Shown here piece after piece: positions 50,369 to 60,092 of a stretch of 64,000 nucleotides of DNA. The translations under genes were made by a program, and so were the position numbers. Source of the stretch: an uncultured delta proteobacterium. Its GTDB lineage: Bacteria; Myxococcota; Myxococcia; Myxococcales; Myxococcaceae. The notes beneath the pieces were generated by a model. That model saw only the letters and a list, made by a program, of their open reading frames with translations, had not been told where the DNA came from and searched no databases. Each line of letters begins with the position of its first letter. Within the stretch, counting starts at the first letter, position 1. The stretch is from positions 512,001 through 576,000 of the forward strand of contig CAWCKH010000003.1 of assembly GCA_963796055.1 (NCBI GenBank), given 5' to 3'.

Positions 50369-50695
50369 GATCGTTGGGCCCAGCGGCCCGTCGCAGGCGA
50401 GCATCTGCTCCGGGGGCACAGGCCGGGCGACCGCCGAGCCGGGCGAGGACCTTCTCGGCAGCGACGTACTCCGCCACCGCTCGCAGCTCCGCGCCTGGCG
50501 CCTCGAGGGGACCCGGGGCGTCTCGACGACCACCGCACTGCGGGAATGAATTCGACCGCTGCTGTCCGATCCAGTCTTCGCATGCCCAGGCTCACGTAGC
50601 AGCCCTCTTGCCAACCACGCTCCCGGACTCGACATCGGTCGCGGAGAGGTATTCACTTCCCGCCGCGCGGCGTGCGGCCGCCGAGGAGAGACGTC

Positions 50696-51016
50696 ATGCC
50701 CAAGTTCCTGATCAAGGCGAGTTACACGACGGAAGGCGTCAAGGGGCTGCTCAAGGACGGCGGTTCGGGCCGGCGCAACGCGGTCGAGAAGATGGTCAAG
50801 AGCGCGGGCGGGAAGCTGGACGGCGTCTGGTTCGCGTTCGGCGATGACGACGTCTTCGTGCTTGGTGACCTGCCCGACAACGCGAGCGCGGCCGCCGTCA
50901 GCCTGGCGGTGTCCGCGAGCGGCGCTGTGCGCTGCAGCACGACCCCACTCCTCACCATCGAGGAGATGGACGCGGCGACGAAGAAGTCGGTCGACTACCG
51001 CAAGCCCGGCGCCTGA
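50696..51016 (+). CDS. GYD-domain protein
   Basis: FLIKASYTTEGVKGL, GGKL..FAFGDDD, TTPLLT. Confidence 0.88.
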   Translation: MPKFLIKASYTTEGVKGLLKDGGSGRRNAVEKMVKSAGGKLDGVWFAFGDDDVFVLGDLPDNASAAAVSLAVSASGAVRCSTTPLLTIEEMDAATKKSVDYRKPGA

Positions 51017-51177
51017 GGACGCCCGCCAGCGCGAGACGCTGGCCTGAGCCGAGGCGCTGACCACCAGCTGGCTGCTGCCGGCCAAGTGGCCGAACTCGGT
51101 TGGCGCGTCGCGAACCCTCCGGATAGAGACGCAAAGACATCGCGAAACCCTGATCGGGGTCGAGAGGTCCAACGTCC

Positions 51178-52575
51178 GTGCCCACAGACCGCTCCCGGAG
51201 ACCTGATTCCACTCCAGGTGCGACAGGCGCGGCCACACAGTCTCTGCCCTGGCTTGACCGCCTGCTCCGCCCCTTCGCCGACGTGCGGGCCGGTGAAGCG
51301 GTCACCGCCCTCGTCCTCGCCGCGACCATCTTCCTGCTGCTGACGGCCTACTACCTGCTCAAGGTCATCCGCGAACCGCTCATCCTCCTCGGCGGTGGGG
51401 CAGAGGTGAAGGCCTATGCCGCGGCGGGTCAGGCGCTGCTGCTCCTCCCCGTCCTCCGTGCCCACGGCGCCATCGCCCGGCGGGTGAACCGGCTGACGCT
51501 CATCGCCGCGGTGCTGCTGTTCGTCGCCTCCAACCTCCTGGTCTTCTCGCTGCTGCTCCGCGCCAACGTCCCCATCGGGCTGCCGTTCTATCTGTGGGTG
51601 GGCACGTTCAATTACCTCCTGGTGGCGACGTTCTGGAGCTTCGCCAACGACGTGTACACGCCGGAGCAGGGGAAGCGGCTGTTCGCCATCGTCGGGATCG
51701 GGAGCTCCGTCGGGGCTCTGGCCGGCGCGGCGCTGGCGAGCTTCCTGCTGCGCCATCTGGCGCCGTTGCATCTGATGCTGGCCTCGGCCGCGCTGCTCGC
51801 CGCGGCGCTGGTTCCCTTCGCCTGGGTCAACGCGCAGCGGCGGTGCTGTCCGAAGGACCGCGGACGCGAGGCGCACCGGGACGAGCCGCTGACCGGAGCG
51901 GGCGGGTTCCAGGCTCTCCTCCAGGACCGGTATCTGCTCCTGATCGGTCTGATCACCATCCTCGCCAACTGGGTGACCAACTCCGGCGAGTACGTCCTGG
52001 ACAAGACGCTGATCGAGGTGGCGCACGCCAGCGCTTTCAGCGCCGCAGACGCCGGCCGCTTCGTCGGTCAGTTCAAGGCCCAGTACTTCTGGTGGGTCAA
52101 CGTCCTGGCCGTCGTGGGGCAGTTCTTCGTGGTCTCGCGCGTCCTGAAGTACCTGGGCGTGGGCGGCGCGCTGCTGGTGCTCCCCCTGGTGTCCATGGCC
52201 GGCGCGACCACCATCGTCCTCTTCCCCGTTCTGGCGCTCATCCGGACGGCGAAGATCGCGGAGAAGGGCGTCGAGTACTCCCTCGAGACCACGGCGGTGA
52301 ACGCGCTCTACCTCGTGGTCTCCCGAGACGCGAAGTACAAGGCGAAAGCGGTGATCGACACCTTTCTGGTCCGCGCCGGGGACGTCTGCGCCGCCGCTTC
52401 CATCTGGATCGGGACCCACCTCGGGGTCAGGACCTACGGGTTCGCCGCGGTCAATGTCCTGCTGACCGCGATCTGGGTCTTCGTGGCCTGGCAGATCCGC
52501 GCTCTGCACCATGCCCGGACCGGAGCCATCGAGTCGGCCGCGATTCCCGGCGCGGCGCCGGTGGCCTCGGCATGA
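51178..52575 (+). CDS. NTT/TLC (Npt1/Npt2)-like nucleotide transporter
   Basis: YYLLKVIRE, FWSFANDVYTPEQGKRLFAIVG, KYKAKAVIDT; about 12 TM helices. Confidence 0.85.
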   Translation: MPTDRSRRPDSTPGATGAATQSLPWLDRLLRPFADVRAGEAVTALVLAATIFLLLTAYYLLKVIREPLILLGGGAEVKAYAAAGQALLLLPVLRAHGAIARRVNRLTLIAAVLLFVASNLLVFSLLLRANVPIGLPFYLWVGTFNYLLVATFWSFANDVYTPEQGKRLFAIVGIGSSVGALAGAALASFLLRHLAPLHLMLASAALLAAALVPFAWVNAQRRCCPKDRGREAHRDEPLTGAGGFQALLQDRYLLLIGLITILANWVTNSGEYVLDKTLIEVAHASAFSAADAGRFVGQFKAQYFWWVNVLAVVGQFFVVSRVLKYLGVGGALLVLPLVSMAGATTIVLFPVLALIRTAKIAEKGVEYSLETTAVNALYLVVSRDAKYKAKAVIDTFLVRAGDVCAAASIWIGTHLGVRTYGFAAVNVLLTAIWVFVAWQIRALHHARTGAIESAAIPGAAPVASA

Positions 52576-55280
52576 GCGAACCGTCCCAGACGCCCGCGCT
52601 CCCCATGCGCCGGGCTCTCCCCTTCGCCGTGCTGCTCTTCCTCCTGGTGGCGGCGCACGGACTGCTGGAGACCGCGCGCGACGGGCTCTTCCTGACCGAG
52701 CAGCCGGTGACCCGCCTCCCCTGGCTGTACCTCGGGGTCACGGCGGGCGTGCTCGTCCTCACCCCCCTTCAGCGTCGCCTCTGGAGCGGCCATAGCCGCA
52801 TCGCCCTGCCCCTGACCCTGGCCGCCTCCGGAGCGGTGACCCTGGCCTTCTGGCTGGGAACCCGCTCGCACAGCGCGGTGCTCGCGTTCTACGTCTGGAC
52901 CGCGCTGTTCTCCTCGCTGGTCTTCGTCCAGTTCTGGCTCACCGCGGACGAGGCGTTCGGCGTGACCCAGGCCAAGCAGAGCTTCGGGTTCATCGCCGCC
53001 GGGGGGCTGGTGGGGGCCGTCTCCGGGAGTGCGCTGGCCAGGCTGGTGCTCGGCTACGCCGATCCACGGCTGCTGCTGCTGATCTCGGTGGCCCTGACCT
53101 TGGGCGCCGCGGGGCTGGGCTACGCCCTGGTCCGATCCTGCGCCGTCGGCGAGGCCAGCGAGCCGGAGATGACGGTGACCAGCGCGGTCCCCGGCTACAT
53201 GCGCGGCGATCCCTATCTGCGATTGCTGGCAGTCCTGGCCCTCCTGACCGCGGCCAGCGCCACCCTGATCGATTATCTGTTCAAGGCCTCGGTGTCGGCC
53301 GGAGTGTCCCCGGAGCGAATTCCCCGGCTGGTCGCCAACGTGTACCTGGGGCAGAACACGCTCGCGCTGCTGGTCGAGCTGGTGGTGGTGAAGACCCTGC
53401 TGCAGAGCACCGGCGTGACCCGCAGCCTCGCCCTGTTGCCCCTGGTCGTGCTGGGAGGCGCGTCGGGGTATGCGGTGGGCGGCGGCCTGGCGGTCGTGCT
53501 TGGTCTGAAGATCCTCGACGGCGGTCTCCGGCCCTCGCTCTACCGGGTGGGGACCGAGCTGCTCTTCCTTCCCATCGGCGCGGCGGTACGTCGGGTGATC
53601 AAGCCCTCCATCGACACGCTCGGGCAGCGCGGAGGGCAGGCACTGGTCTCGCTGCTTCTCCTCGGCGTGCCGCAGCTTCCGGACCGGGCGCAGATGGGCG
53701 CGGTCACCATTCTCTTGACGACCGTCGCCGTCGCCTGGGTCGGCGCCGCCCGGGTGCTGCGGCGCCATTACCTGAACCGTTTCCAGGAGGAGCTCGGCGC
53801 GGGCCGGGTCCAGATGGAGGGGGTGGGGACCCTGGACCTGGCCTCGGCGGAGATCCTGGTGAACGGGCTCGGCTCGTCCAACACCCGCGAGGTGCTGACC
53901 GCCCTGGACGTGCTCGCCCGTTCCAGGCGGCTCGGTCTGATTCCGGCGCTCATCCTCTATCATCCCGAGCCATCGGTGGTGCGCGCCGCGCTGGCGCACT
54001 TTTCCGGGTCGCGCCGGACGGACGTCGACGCGCTCCTCCCCTTCCTCTTTCGCCATCCCGACGAGGAGGTCCGCGCCGCAGCAGCGGAGCGGTGGCTCGA
54101 GGCGGGGAACACGCCGGAGGAGCTGCGCCGGGCGCTCGAGGACTCCAGCCCCCGGGTCCGTGCCGCGGCACTGGTCGCGCTCTCTTCCATCGACTCCGGC
54201 AAGGACGCACGAGAGGCCATGGCCCGCATCGTCGGCGATGGGCTCCCCGAGGCGCGGCGCGCGCTGGCCTGGGCCATCGCCAACGCCCCCCGCCCGGACC
54301 TGCTCCCGACGGTGGAGGGTCTCTTCCTCCGGGGAGACATCGAGACGCGCCGCGAGCTGCTCCGTGCCGCCCGCGGGTTACCCACCCCTCCGCCGGAGTT
54401 CGTCTCCGGGTTGATCTCCCTCCTTGCCCATCCGGTACTCCGCCCGGGAGTGAGGGAGGCGCTGGTCTCGGTGGGCGCGCCCGCCCGAGAGCAGCTGGAG
54501 GCGCTCCTTCTCGCTCGAGATACGCCCTTTCCAGTCGACCGGGAGCTGCCGGCGACGCTGGCTCGATTCCCTGCAGAAGCGGCGGCTCCCCCGTTGCTCC
54601 GGCGCCTGGTCCAGCCGCGCGGGGGGCTGTCCCGTTTCCGGTCCCTCCGCGCCTTGAACCAGCTCCGCCGCAGCAATCCCCGGCTGGCGCTGGATGAGGC
54701 CGCGCTCACCTCTGCCCTCGAGCTGGAGGTCGCCTCCGTCCTGAAGAACCGAGCGCTCCGGTTGACGGGACTGCGGATGGGCATTACCCCGGAACGGGAG
54801 AACCCCGCGGGGATGCTGCTGCTGGATCTCCTTCTGGACAAGGAGCGCCTGGCCGTCGAGCGCGTCTTCCGCGTGCTCGCGCTGCTCTTCCCCGGTGGAC
54901 GCCTGGAGCAGGTCTATCTCGGGGCGCGCTCGGAGAGCCCGCGGCGGCGCGACGCAGCCCGGGAGGTGCTGGTCGAGCTGCTCCGGGCGCCCTGGCGAGA
55001 GCGGGTGGTGATGCTCCTCGAGCCGGACCAGGTGGATCCCGCGACGGTCCAGCGGCTGCTCGGCCCCCAGCCGACGACCGAGAGCTTCGTCACCGCGCTC
55101 CTCGCCCAGAGCAGCGAGGTGGTCCGGCTCCTGACGCCCTGTCTGGCCCATGCCGAAGGCTGGGTGAGCACGGTGCCCAGGCTTCGCGCCGGTCCGCGCT
55201 GTGGCGATGCGGAGGCCGCGGCCCTCGCCGACCAGGCCATCCAGCAGCTGGAGCGACGGGCGGAGCAGCGCCATGGCTGA
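52572..55280 (+). CDS. NTT-like transporter fused to HEAT repeats
   Basis: LETARDGLFL, QFW..QAKQSFGFIAAGG, KPSIDT; then HPEPSVVRAAL, HPDEEVRAAA and DSSPRVRAAAL repeats. Confidence 0.85.
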   Translation: MSEPSQTPALPMRRALPFAVLLFLLVAAHGLLETARDGLFLTEQPVTRLPWLYLGVTAGVLVLTPLQRRLWSGHSRIALPLTLAASGAVTLAFWLGTRSHSAVLAFYVWTALFSSLVFVQFWLTADEAFGVTQAKQSFGFIAAGGLVGAVSGSALARLVLGYADPRLLLLISVALTLGAAGLGYALVRSCAVGEASEPEMTVTSAVPGYMRGDPYLRLLAVLALLTAASATLIDYLFKASVSAGVSPERIPRLVANVYLGQNTLALLVELVVVKTLLQSTGVTRSLALLPLVVLGGASGYAVGGGLAVVLGLKILDGGLRPSLYRVGTELLFLPIGAAVRRVIKPSIDTLGQRGGQALVSLLLLGVPQLPDRAQMGAVTILLTTVAVAWVGAARVLRRHYLNRFQEELGAGRVQMEGVGTLDLASAEILVNGLGSSNTREVLTALDVLARSRRLGLIPALILYHPEPSVVRAALAHFSGSRRTDVDALLPFLFRHPDEEVRAAAAERWLEAGNTPEELRRALEDSSPRVRAAALVALSSIDSGKDAREAMARIVGDGLPEARRALAWAIANAPRPDLLPTVEGLFLRGDIETRRELLRAARGLPTPPPEFVSGLISLLAHPVLRPGVREALVSVGAPAREQLEALLLARDTPFPVDRELPATLARFPAEAAAPPLLRRLVQPRGGLSRFRSLRALNQLRRSNPRLALDEAALTSALELEVASVLKNRALRLTGLRMGITPERENPAGMLLLDLLLDKERLAVERVFRVLALLFPGGRLEQVYLGARSESPRRRDAAREVLVELLRAPWRERVVMLLEPDQVDPATVQRLLGPQPTTESFVTALLAQSSEVVRLLTPCLAHAEGWVSTVPRLRAGPRCGDAEAAALADQAIQQLERRAEQRHG

Positions 55281-56229
55281 GATCGATCCACCCATCCTCG
55301 CCGAGCGCGTGCTCCGGCTGAGCCGCTCCGCACCGTTCGACATGATGGCCGCCGATCAGCTGGCGCTGCTGGCCGCAGCGGGCCGGGAGCAAGCCTTCGC
55401 CGGCCGCACGGTGCTGGTCCACGCCGGAGAACGTTCCTCGGCGCACTTCCTTCCGCTGGCAGGCCGACTGCGGCTCATCTCGGACGGGCGGGAGCTCCCC
55501 TGGCCCCAGCTTCACTCCGGGCTGGGAGCGCTGTCGGTGCTCGGTCGGGGCGTCTTCCCCGCGGACCTGGTGGCCGACCCCGGCACGGTGCTCCTGGTGC
55601 TCGATCAGGACGCCTTGGTCGCGGTCCTCGAGGAGCACGGGCGGCTGAGCCGGGCCGTGCTCCGGGTGCTGGCCTCCAAGCTGCAAACTGTCCGCGGGAT
55701 GATGGCCCCTCGACGGACTCCTCCTCCCGCGGGGGTGAGCGCGCGCCTGGACCTGGTCTCGCGGATGTTGCTCCTCCGCGAGGCTCTGGGTCTCGGCGCG
55801 GACGGGATGGCAGTGGTGGCCCGCCTGGCCCGGGTGGTCCACGCGCGGCGCTTCTCCCCGGGAGCAGCGCTCTGGGCGCCGGACCAGGTGGCGGACCTGG
55901 TCATCGTCGTCGAGGGCAGCCTCCGGCTCCACGGGAACGGGGCAGCAGAGCGGAACACCGAGCGGGGGGAGGCCCTGGGCCTGGTGGAGTCGGTGGCCGG
56001 CGTGCCGATGGAGGAGCAAGCGAAGGCCGTCGAGGAGACGACCGCGGTCGTCCTCAGTCACCCCGAGCTGACCGAGGCCATCGACGACGACGACCCGCTG
56101 TGCTTCGAGCTCATCCGCAGCTTTGCCGCGCAGATCTGGGCCGTGGTTCTCGCCGCGGAAGCGAGAGGCACCCCGTTCACCACCGTCGGCGCACCGGGGA
56201 GACCGCCGGCTACGACGTTGGCAGGATAA
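55273..56229 (+). CDS. Tandem cyclic-nucleotide-binding-domain protein
   Basis: Two units: ERVLRL..PF..FAGRTVLVHAGE and RMLLL..FSPGAALW..IVVEGSL..GEALG. Confidence 0.75.
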   Translation: MAEIDPPILAERVLRLSRSAPFDMMAADQLALLAAAGREQAFAGRTVLVHAGERSSAHFLPLAGRLRLISDGRELPWPQLHSGLGALSVLGRGVFPADLVADPGTVLLVLDQDALVAVLEEHGRLSRAVLRVLASKLQTVRGMMAPRRTPPPAGVSARLDLVSRMLLLREALGLGADGMAVVARLARVVHARRFSPGAALWAPDQVADLVIVVEGSLRLHGNGAAERNTERGEALGLVESVAGVPMEEQAKAVEETTAVVLSHPELTEAIDDDDPLCFELIRSFAAQIWAVVLAAEARGTPFTTVGAPGRPPATTLAG

Positions 56230-56284
56230 GGATCGACAGAGCACACCTCCGGGGCTGGTCCCGGGGCCACCGCGGAGCGAGCAC

Positions 56285-57760
56285 ATGCGGCCGAACATCT
56301 GCCTCCGGGTCTCTCGATCCTCCGGCCCGAGATGGGTGGGGCTCATGCTGGGCCTCGTCGTGGCCGAGGTGGCGCGGGCCGCCGAGGGTGCCGACGCAGG
56401 GACTCCGGTCGCGCCGGGCATCGCTGCCGCACCGGATGGCGGGGTTCCTCAGGCCGAGGTCCTGGCGCCGGACGGTGGGAGCAGCGAAGCGGCGCAAGAC
56501 GCTCCCCGGCGCGAGCGCGCGGACTTTCGAGGGCAGTCCGATCCGCCGCCGACGACGGGGGACGTGCTGATCTGGGTTCCCCGGGTGATCCTCCTCCCCG
56601 CCTATCTGGTCACCGAGTACGTCGTCCGGGTCCCCCTCGGCGCGCTGTCCACCACCGCGGAGAAGAACGACTGGCCGCAGTGGCTGTTCAACTTCTTCGC
56701 CTTCGGCCCCGAGCACCGGGGCGGCATCTTCCCCACCTTCTTCCTCGATTTCGGGCTGCGTCCGAGCATCGGGCTGCACTTCTGGTGGAACGACACCTTC
56801 GTCCAGAACAACAAGCTCACCGCCAATGCCTCGTGGGGCGGATCGAACTGGATCACCCTGGCGGTCGGGGATCGCTACACCTTCGACGAGAAGAACTCGA
56901 TCGCCATCGGAGCCCGATGGGCCCGACGGCCGGACAACCTGTATTACGGCATCGGGCCGGAGATCGACACCGACCTCCGCACCCGCTACGGCACCGACCT
57001 CATCTCGGGGGGCATCGAGTACGTCCACTCCCAGCGGGGCCTGGAGTTCAAGGTCGGGGCCCGCCTGGACCGGACCGTCTTCCGGAGCTACTCGTGCTGC
57101 AGCGATCCGACCCTGGCGCAGAGGGTGGAGCGAGGAGAGCTGCCCGCTCCTCCGGGATTCGAGGAGAACACCACCGCCGCCTCCATTCCCTTCCGGGTGG
57201 TCCTCGACACCCGTCCACCCGGGCCGATGCACCGGAGCGGCATCCGCACCGGCCTGGAGGTGGCCCCGGCCGTGGACGTGACCCGCGGGTTCGATCGCTC
57301 CTGGCTTCTCTACGGAGCGACGGTCCAGGGGTTCTGGGACATGACCGGCACCGGCCGGGTGCTCGGGCTCGGAGCATGGGCGGCCTTCGTCGACCCCCTG
57401 GGGAGTCAGCCAGTCCCGTTCACCAACTACGTGACGCTCGGAGGCGCTGACCCGTTTGCCGGATTCGTCACCGGGTCTCTGCGCGACCGGAGTGCCGTGG
57501 CGCTGCAGCTCTCCTACAACTGGCCGGTCTTCGTCTTCCTCGACGGAGTCGCCGCGGTCTCGTTCGGGAACGTCTTCGACGCGCATCTCCGAAACTTCGA
57601 CTTCGACCTGCTTCGCATGTCGGCAGAGCTCGGGGTCCGGACCCGAGGATCGGGCACCAGCTCGTTCCAGCTCATCATCGGGGTAGGCACGGAGACGTTC
57701 CGCCAGGGCTTCGCGCTGGCCACCTTCCGCTTCTCCTTCGGGGTCACCTATGGGCTCTAG
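56285..57760 (+). CDS. Omp85/BamA-TamA-like outer-membrane beta-barrel without evident POTRA domains
   Basis: Signal-like N-terminus; YYGIG, TLGG..GF..GSLRDRS (lid-loop like), FGNVF; aromatic C-terminal strand; start uncertain. Confidence 0.7.
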   Translation: MRPNICLRVSRSSGPRWVGLMLGLVVAEVARAAEGADAGTPVAPGIAAAPDGGVPQAEVLAPDGGSSEAAQDAPRRERADFRGQSDPPPTTGDVLIWVPRVILLPAYLVTEYVVRVPLGALSTTAEKNDWPQWLFNFFAFGPEHRGGIFPTFFLDFGLRPSIGLHFWWNDTFVQNNKLTANASWGGSNWITLAVGDRYTFDEKNSIAIGARWARRPDNLYYGIGPEIDTDLRTRYGTDLISGGIEYVHSQRGLEFKVGARLDRTVFRSYSCCSDPTLAQRVERGELPAPPGFEENTTAASIPFRVVLDTRPPGPMHRSGIRTGLEVAPAVDVTRGFDRSWLLYGATVQGFWDMTGTGRVLGLGAWAAFVDPLGSQPVPFTNYVTLGGADPFAGFVTGSLRDRSAVALQLSYNWPVFVFLDGVAAVSFGNVFDAHLRNFDFDLLRMSAELGVRTRGSGTSSFQLIIGVGTETFRQGFALATFRFSFGVTYGL

Positions 57761-58433
57761 AGAGCAGGATGTCACGCAGCCCCAGCACCCAGGCCAGCGA
57801 GGCGAGCCAGGCGCCGAGAACGTCGGTGGGGTGATGCACGCCCAGATACAGCCGCGAACCGCTGATCACCGCGGTGAAGGCCGCTCCGCCGAGGATCGCC
57901 ACCCATCGGTAGCGCGTGTTCCAGGCGAGCACGGCCACCGAGACCGCGAGCGCCATCGAGCCCATGGCGTGGCCGCTGGGGAAGCTGAAGCTCGTCTCCG
58001 GGGCGGGAGAGGGCCAGAGCACGGGGCGATCGCGTCCGAAGAGCCGCTTGGTCGCATCGCTCAGCAACCACGACCCGAGCATCGAGAAGGCGAAGAAGGA
58101 GAACCGCGCCGCCTCCCGTCGGATGAGCAGCCACAGCGCCAGGAGCACCGAGACGGGAATCACTCCGTACCAGGTGCCGACCCGCGAGGCGGTCAGCATC
58201 ACCCGGTCGGCCAGCGGGGAGGAATGGGCGTGGAGCCAGGTGAGCACCGCCACATCCCAGGGGGGTGGCTGGCGGTGAACCACCTCCCGCGCCAGGATGG
58301 CGAAGAAGCAGAGCGGGACCAGCACCCCCAGGAACAGGGCGAGGATTCGCCGCCGATGGCGGTTGAGCAGCTGGCCCAGGAAGTCCAGGAAGCGGCGACT
58401 CCCGGTCGCGGCCGGAGAATGCGAGGCATCCAC
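57744..58433 (-). CDS. PAP2-family membrane phosphatase
   Basis: KRLFGRDRP, SFPSGHA, SRLYLGVHHPTDV. Confidence 0.9.
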   Translation of the reverse strand: MDASHSPAATGSRRFLDFLGQLLNRHRRRILALFLGVLVPLCFFAILAREVVHRQPPPWDVAVLTWLHAHSSPLADRVMLTASRVGTWYGVIPVSVLLALWLLIRREAARFSFFAFSMLGSWLLSDATKRLFGRDRPVLWPSPAPETSFSFPSGHAMGSMALAVSVAVLAWNTRYRWVAILGGAAFTAVISGSRLYLGVHHPTDVLGAWLASLAWVLGLRDILLSRAHR

Positions 58434-60080
58434 GGGAACTGGATAGCGCGCTGGGCCTCCCTGGCGCTGCTGGAATGCGTGGCGGCCTGTGCTCCGAGCA
58501 TTCGACAGTTCTCCACGAAACCGGTGGTCCTCAAGGACGACGATCGCCGTCCGTTCCCGGGACCGATCGAGGAGTCGTTCTCCCCGCTGGGATGGGATGC
58601 AGCGGACCACATCCTCTTCCGACCGCTGAGCCACGCCTTCCTGCTCGAGCAGGGCTCCCCGGCGATCGACGTCAACGCGCTCGACGAGGTCCCGGACTCC
58701 AGCTGGTACGTGAACCGCATCAGCCGCCGGCCCATGTCCCCGGAGGAGATCGCCCGCGGAGCCTGTCACCGAACGGCGCCCGAGGAGGAGCTCCCGTGGA
58801 CGGTGGTGGGGGCCAAGCTGAACGGGGCCAATCCGGGGTTCCAGATCAAGACCGCTGCCGGGGCGAACTACCTCCTCAAGTTCGACGACCCCAAGCAGTT
58901 CGAGCGGGCCTCCACCGGAGACGTGGTGGGCAGCCGGCTCTACTACGCGGCCGGTTTCCAGGTGCCCTGCAACCGGGTGGTGTACCTCCGGAGCACCGAC
59001 CTGGTCGTCTCCGACAAGCCGCCGAAGGATGCCTCGAAGGTGGTCACCCGCGAGACGATCGACGAGATGCTGAAGTTCGCGCAGCAGGAGACGAACGGGA
59101 CGTACCGTGCGGTGGCCAGCGAGTTCATCCCCGGAAGACCGAACGGACCCTGGAACTACAGCGACCGCCGGGGGGATGATCCCAACGACCGGATCGACCA
59201 CCAGGACCGCCGCGAGCTTCGCGGCTCACGGGTGCTGGGGGCGTGGATCAACCACCACGACGCGCGCTCCCAGAACACCCTCAACACCTGGATGACCACC
59301 AGCGAGGGAATGGGGTACCTGGACCACTACGTCATCGACTGGGGCGACACCCTGGGAGGCCTGTCGTATGGCGACGAGTTCTCCCGACGGGTGGGCTACA
59401 CGTACTACATCGACTTCGGGCAGATTGGCGCCGACTTCATCACCTTCGGCATCCCCCAGCGGCCCTGGGAGCGCGCGAAGTACGGGCCGGCCGGGGAGAT
59501 CTTCGGCTACTTCAACGACACCGACTTCGTCCCCGAGGACTGGCATGTCGGCTACCCCAACGTCGCCTTCTCCGCGATGGAGGAGCAGGACGCCGCGTGG
59601 ATGGCGCGGATCATCGCCCGCATCGACGAGACCGCGATCGACCTGGTGGTGGACCAGGCGCGGCTCAGTGCGCCCATCGCCAGCTCGGAGCTGAAGCGGA
59701 TCCTGAAGGGGCGACGGCTGCGGATCCTCCAGCGTTACCTGACGCGGGTCTCGTCCTTGACCGATCCCGAGCTCGGGCAGGACGGGGTCACGTTGTGCGT
59801 GCACGACCGGGCGGAGGAGGCCGGCCTCGGGGCCGGTCCCGCGCCGGGCGTTCGACTCTGGTACTCGCCGACGGCCTCCCTGGGACTCGAGGTCGACCGT
59901 CCGGAGCCGGCCAAGCTGTGCGTGGTGCTGCCCAGGGGGGAGACCGGCTACCGGATCGTCGACCTGGTCACCGGCCGCCCCGGACAGGGACCGCTGCGGC
60001 TGCACCTTGCCGAGCAAGGCGGAGTCCTCCGTGTGGTGGGCGTCGAGCGCCCGGAAGGCAATCCCCCTCCCGGGAGCTGA
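58419..60080 (+). CDS. Lipoprotein with atypical protein-kinase-like fold
   Basis: Lipobox VAAC; KLNGANPGF loop, YLLKFD, WINHHDARSQN, YVIDWG. Confidence 0.75.
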   Translation: MRGIHGNWIARWASLALLECVAACAPSIRQFSTKPVVLKDDDRRPFPGPIEESFSPLGWDAADHILFRPLSHAFLLEQGSPAIDVNALDEVPDSSWYVNRISRRPMSPEEIARGACHRTAPEEELPWTVVGAKLNGANPGFQIKTAAGANYLLKFDDPKQFERASTGDVVGSRLYYAAGFQVPCNRVVYLRSTDLVVSDKPPKDASKVVTRETIDEMLKFAQQETNGTYRAVASEFIPGRPNGPWNYSDRRGDDPNDRIDHQDRRELRGSRVLGAWINHHDARSQNTLNTWMTTSEGMGYLDHYVIDWGDTLGGLSYGDEFSRRVGYTYYIDFGQIGADFITFGIPQRPWERAKYGPAGEIFGYFNDTDFVPEDWHVGYPNVAFSAMEEQDAAWMARIIARIDETAIDLVVDQARLSAPIASSELKRILKGRRLRILQRYLTRVSSLTDPELGQDGVTLCVHDRAEEAGLGAGPAPGVRLWYSPTASLGLEVDRPEPAKLCVVLPRGETGYRIVDLVTGRPGQGPLRLHLAEQGGVLRVVGVERPEGNPPPGS

Positions 60081-60092
60081 GCTCCGGGCGGG

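Noticed and set aside
49606..50847. 413-aa ORF as a gene
   Set aside because: Only the middle segment looks coding; it belongs to a frameshifted pseudogene
51594..55280. 1228-aa ORF
   Set aside because: The N-terminal 326 aa overlap the NTT gene out of frame; the coupled ATG at 52572 is the likely start
57744..60080. Extensive bidirectional coding (485-aa and 776-aa ORFs)
   Set aside because: The extensions are antisense shadows; the motif-bearing parts overlap by only about 15 bp
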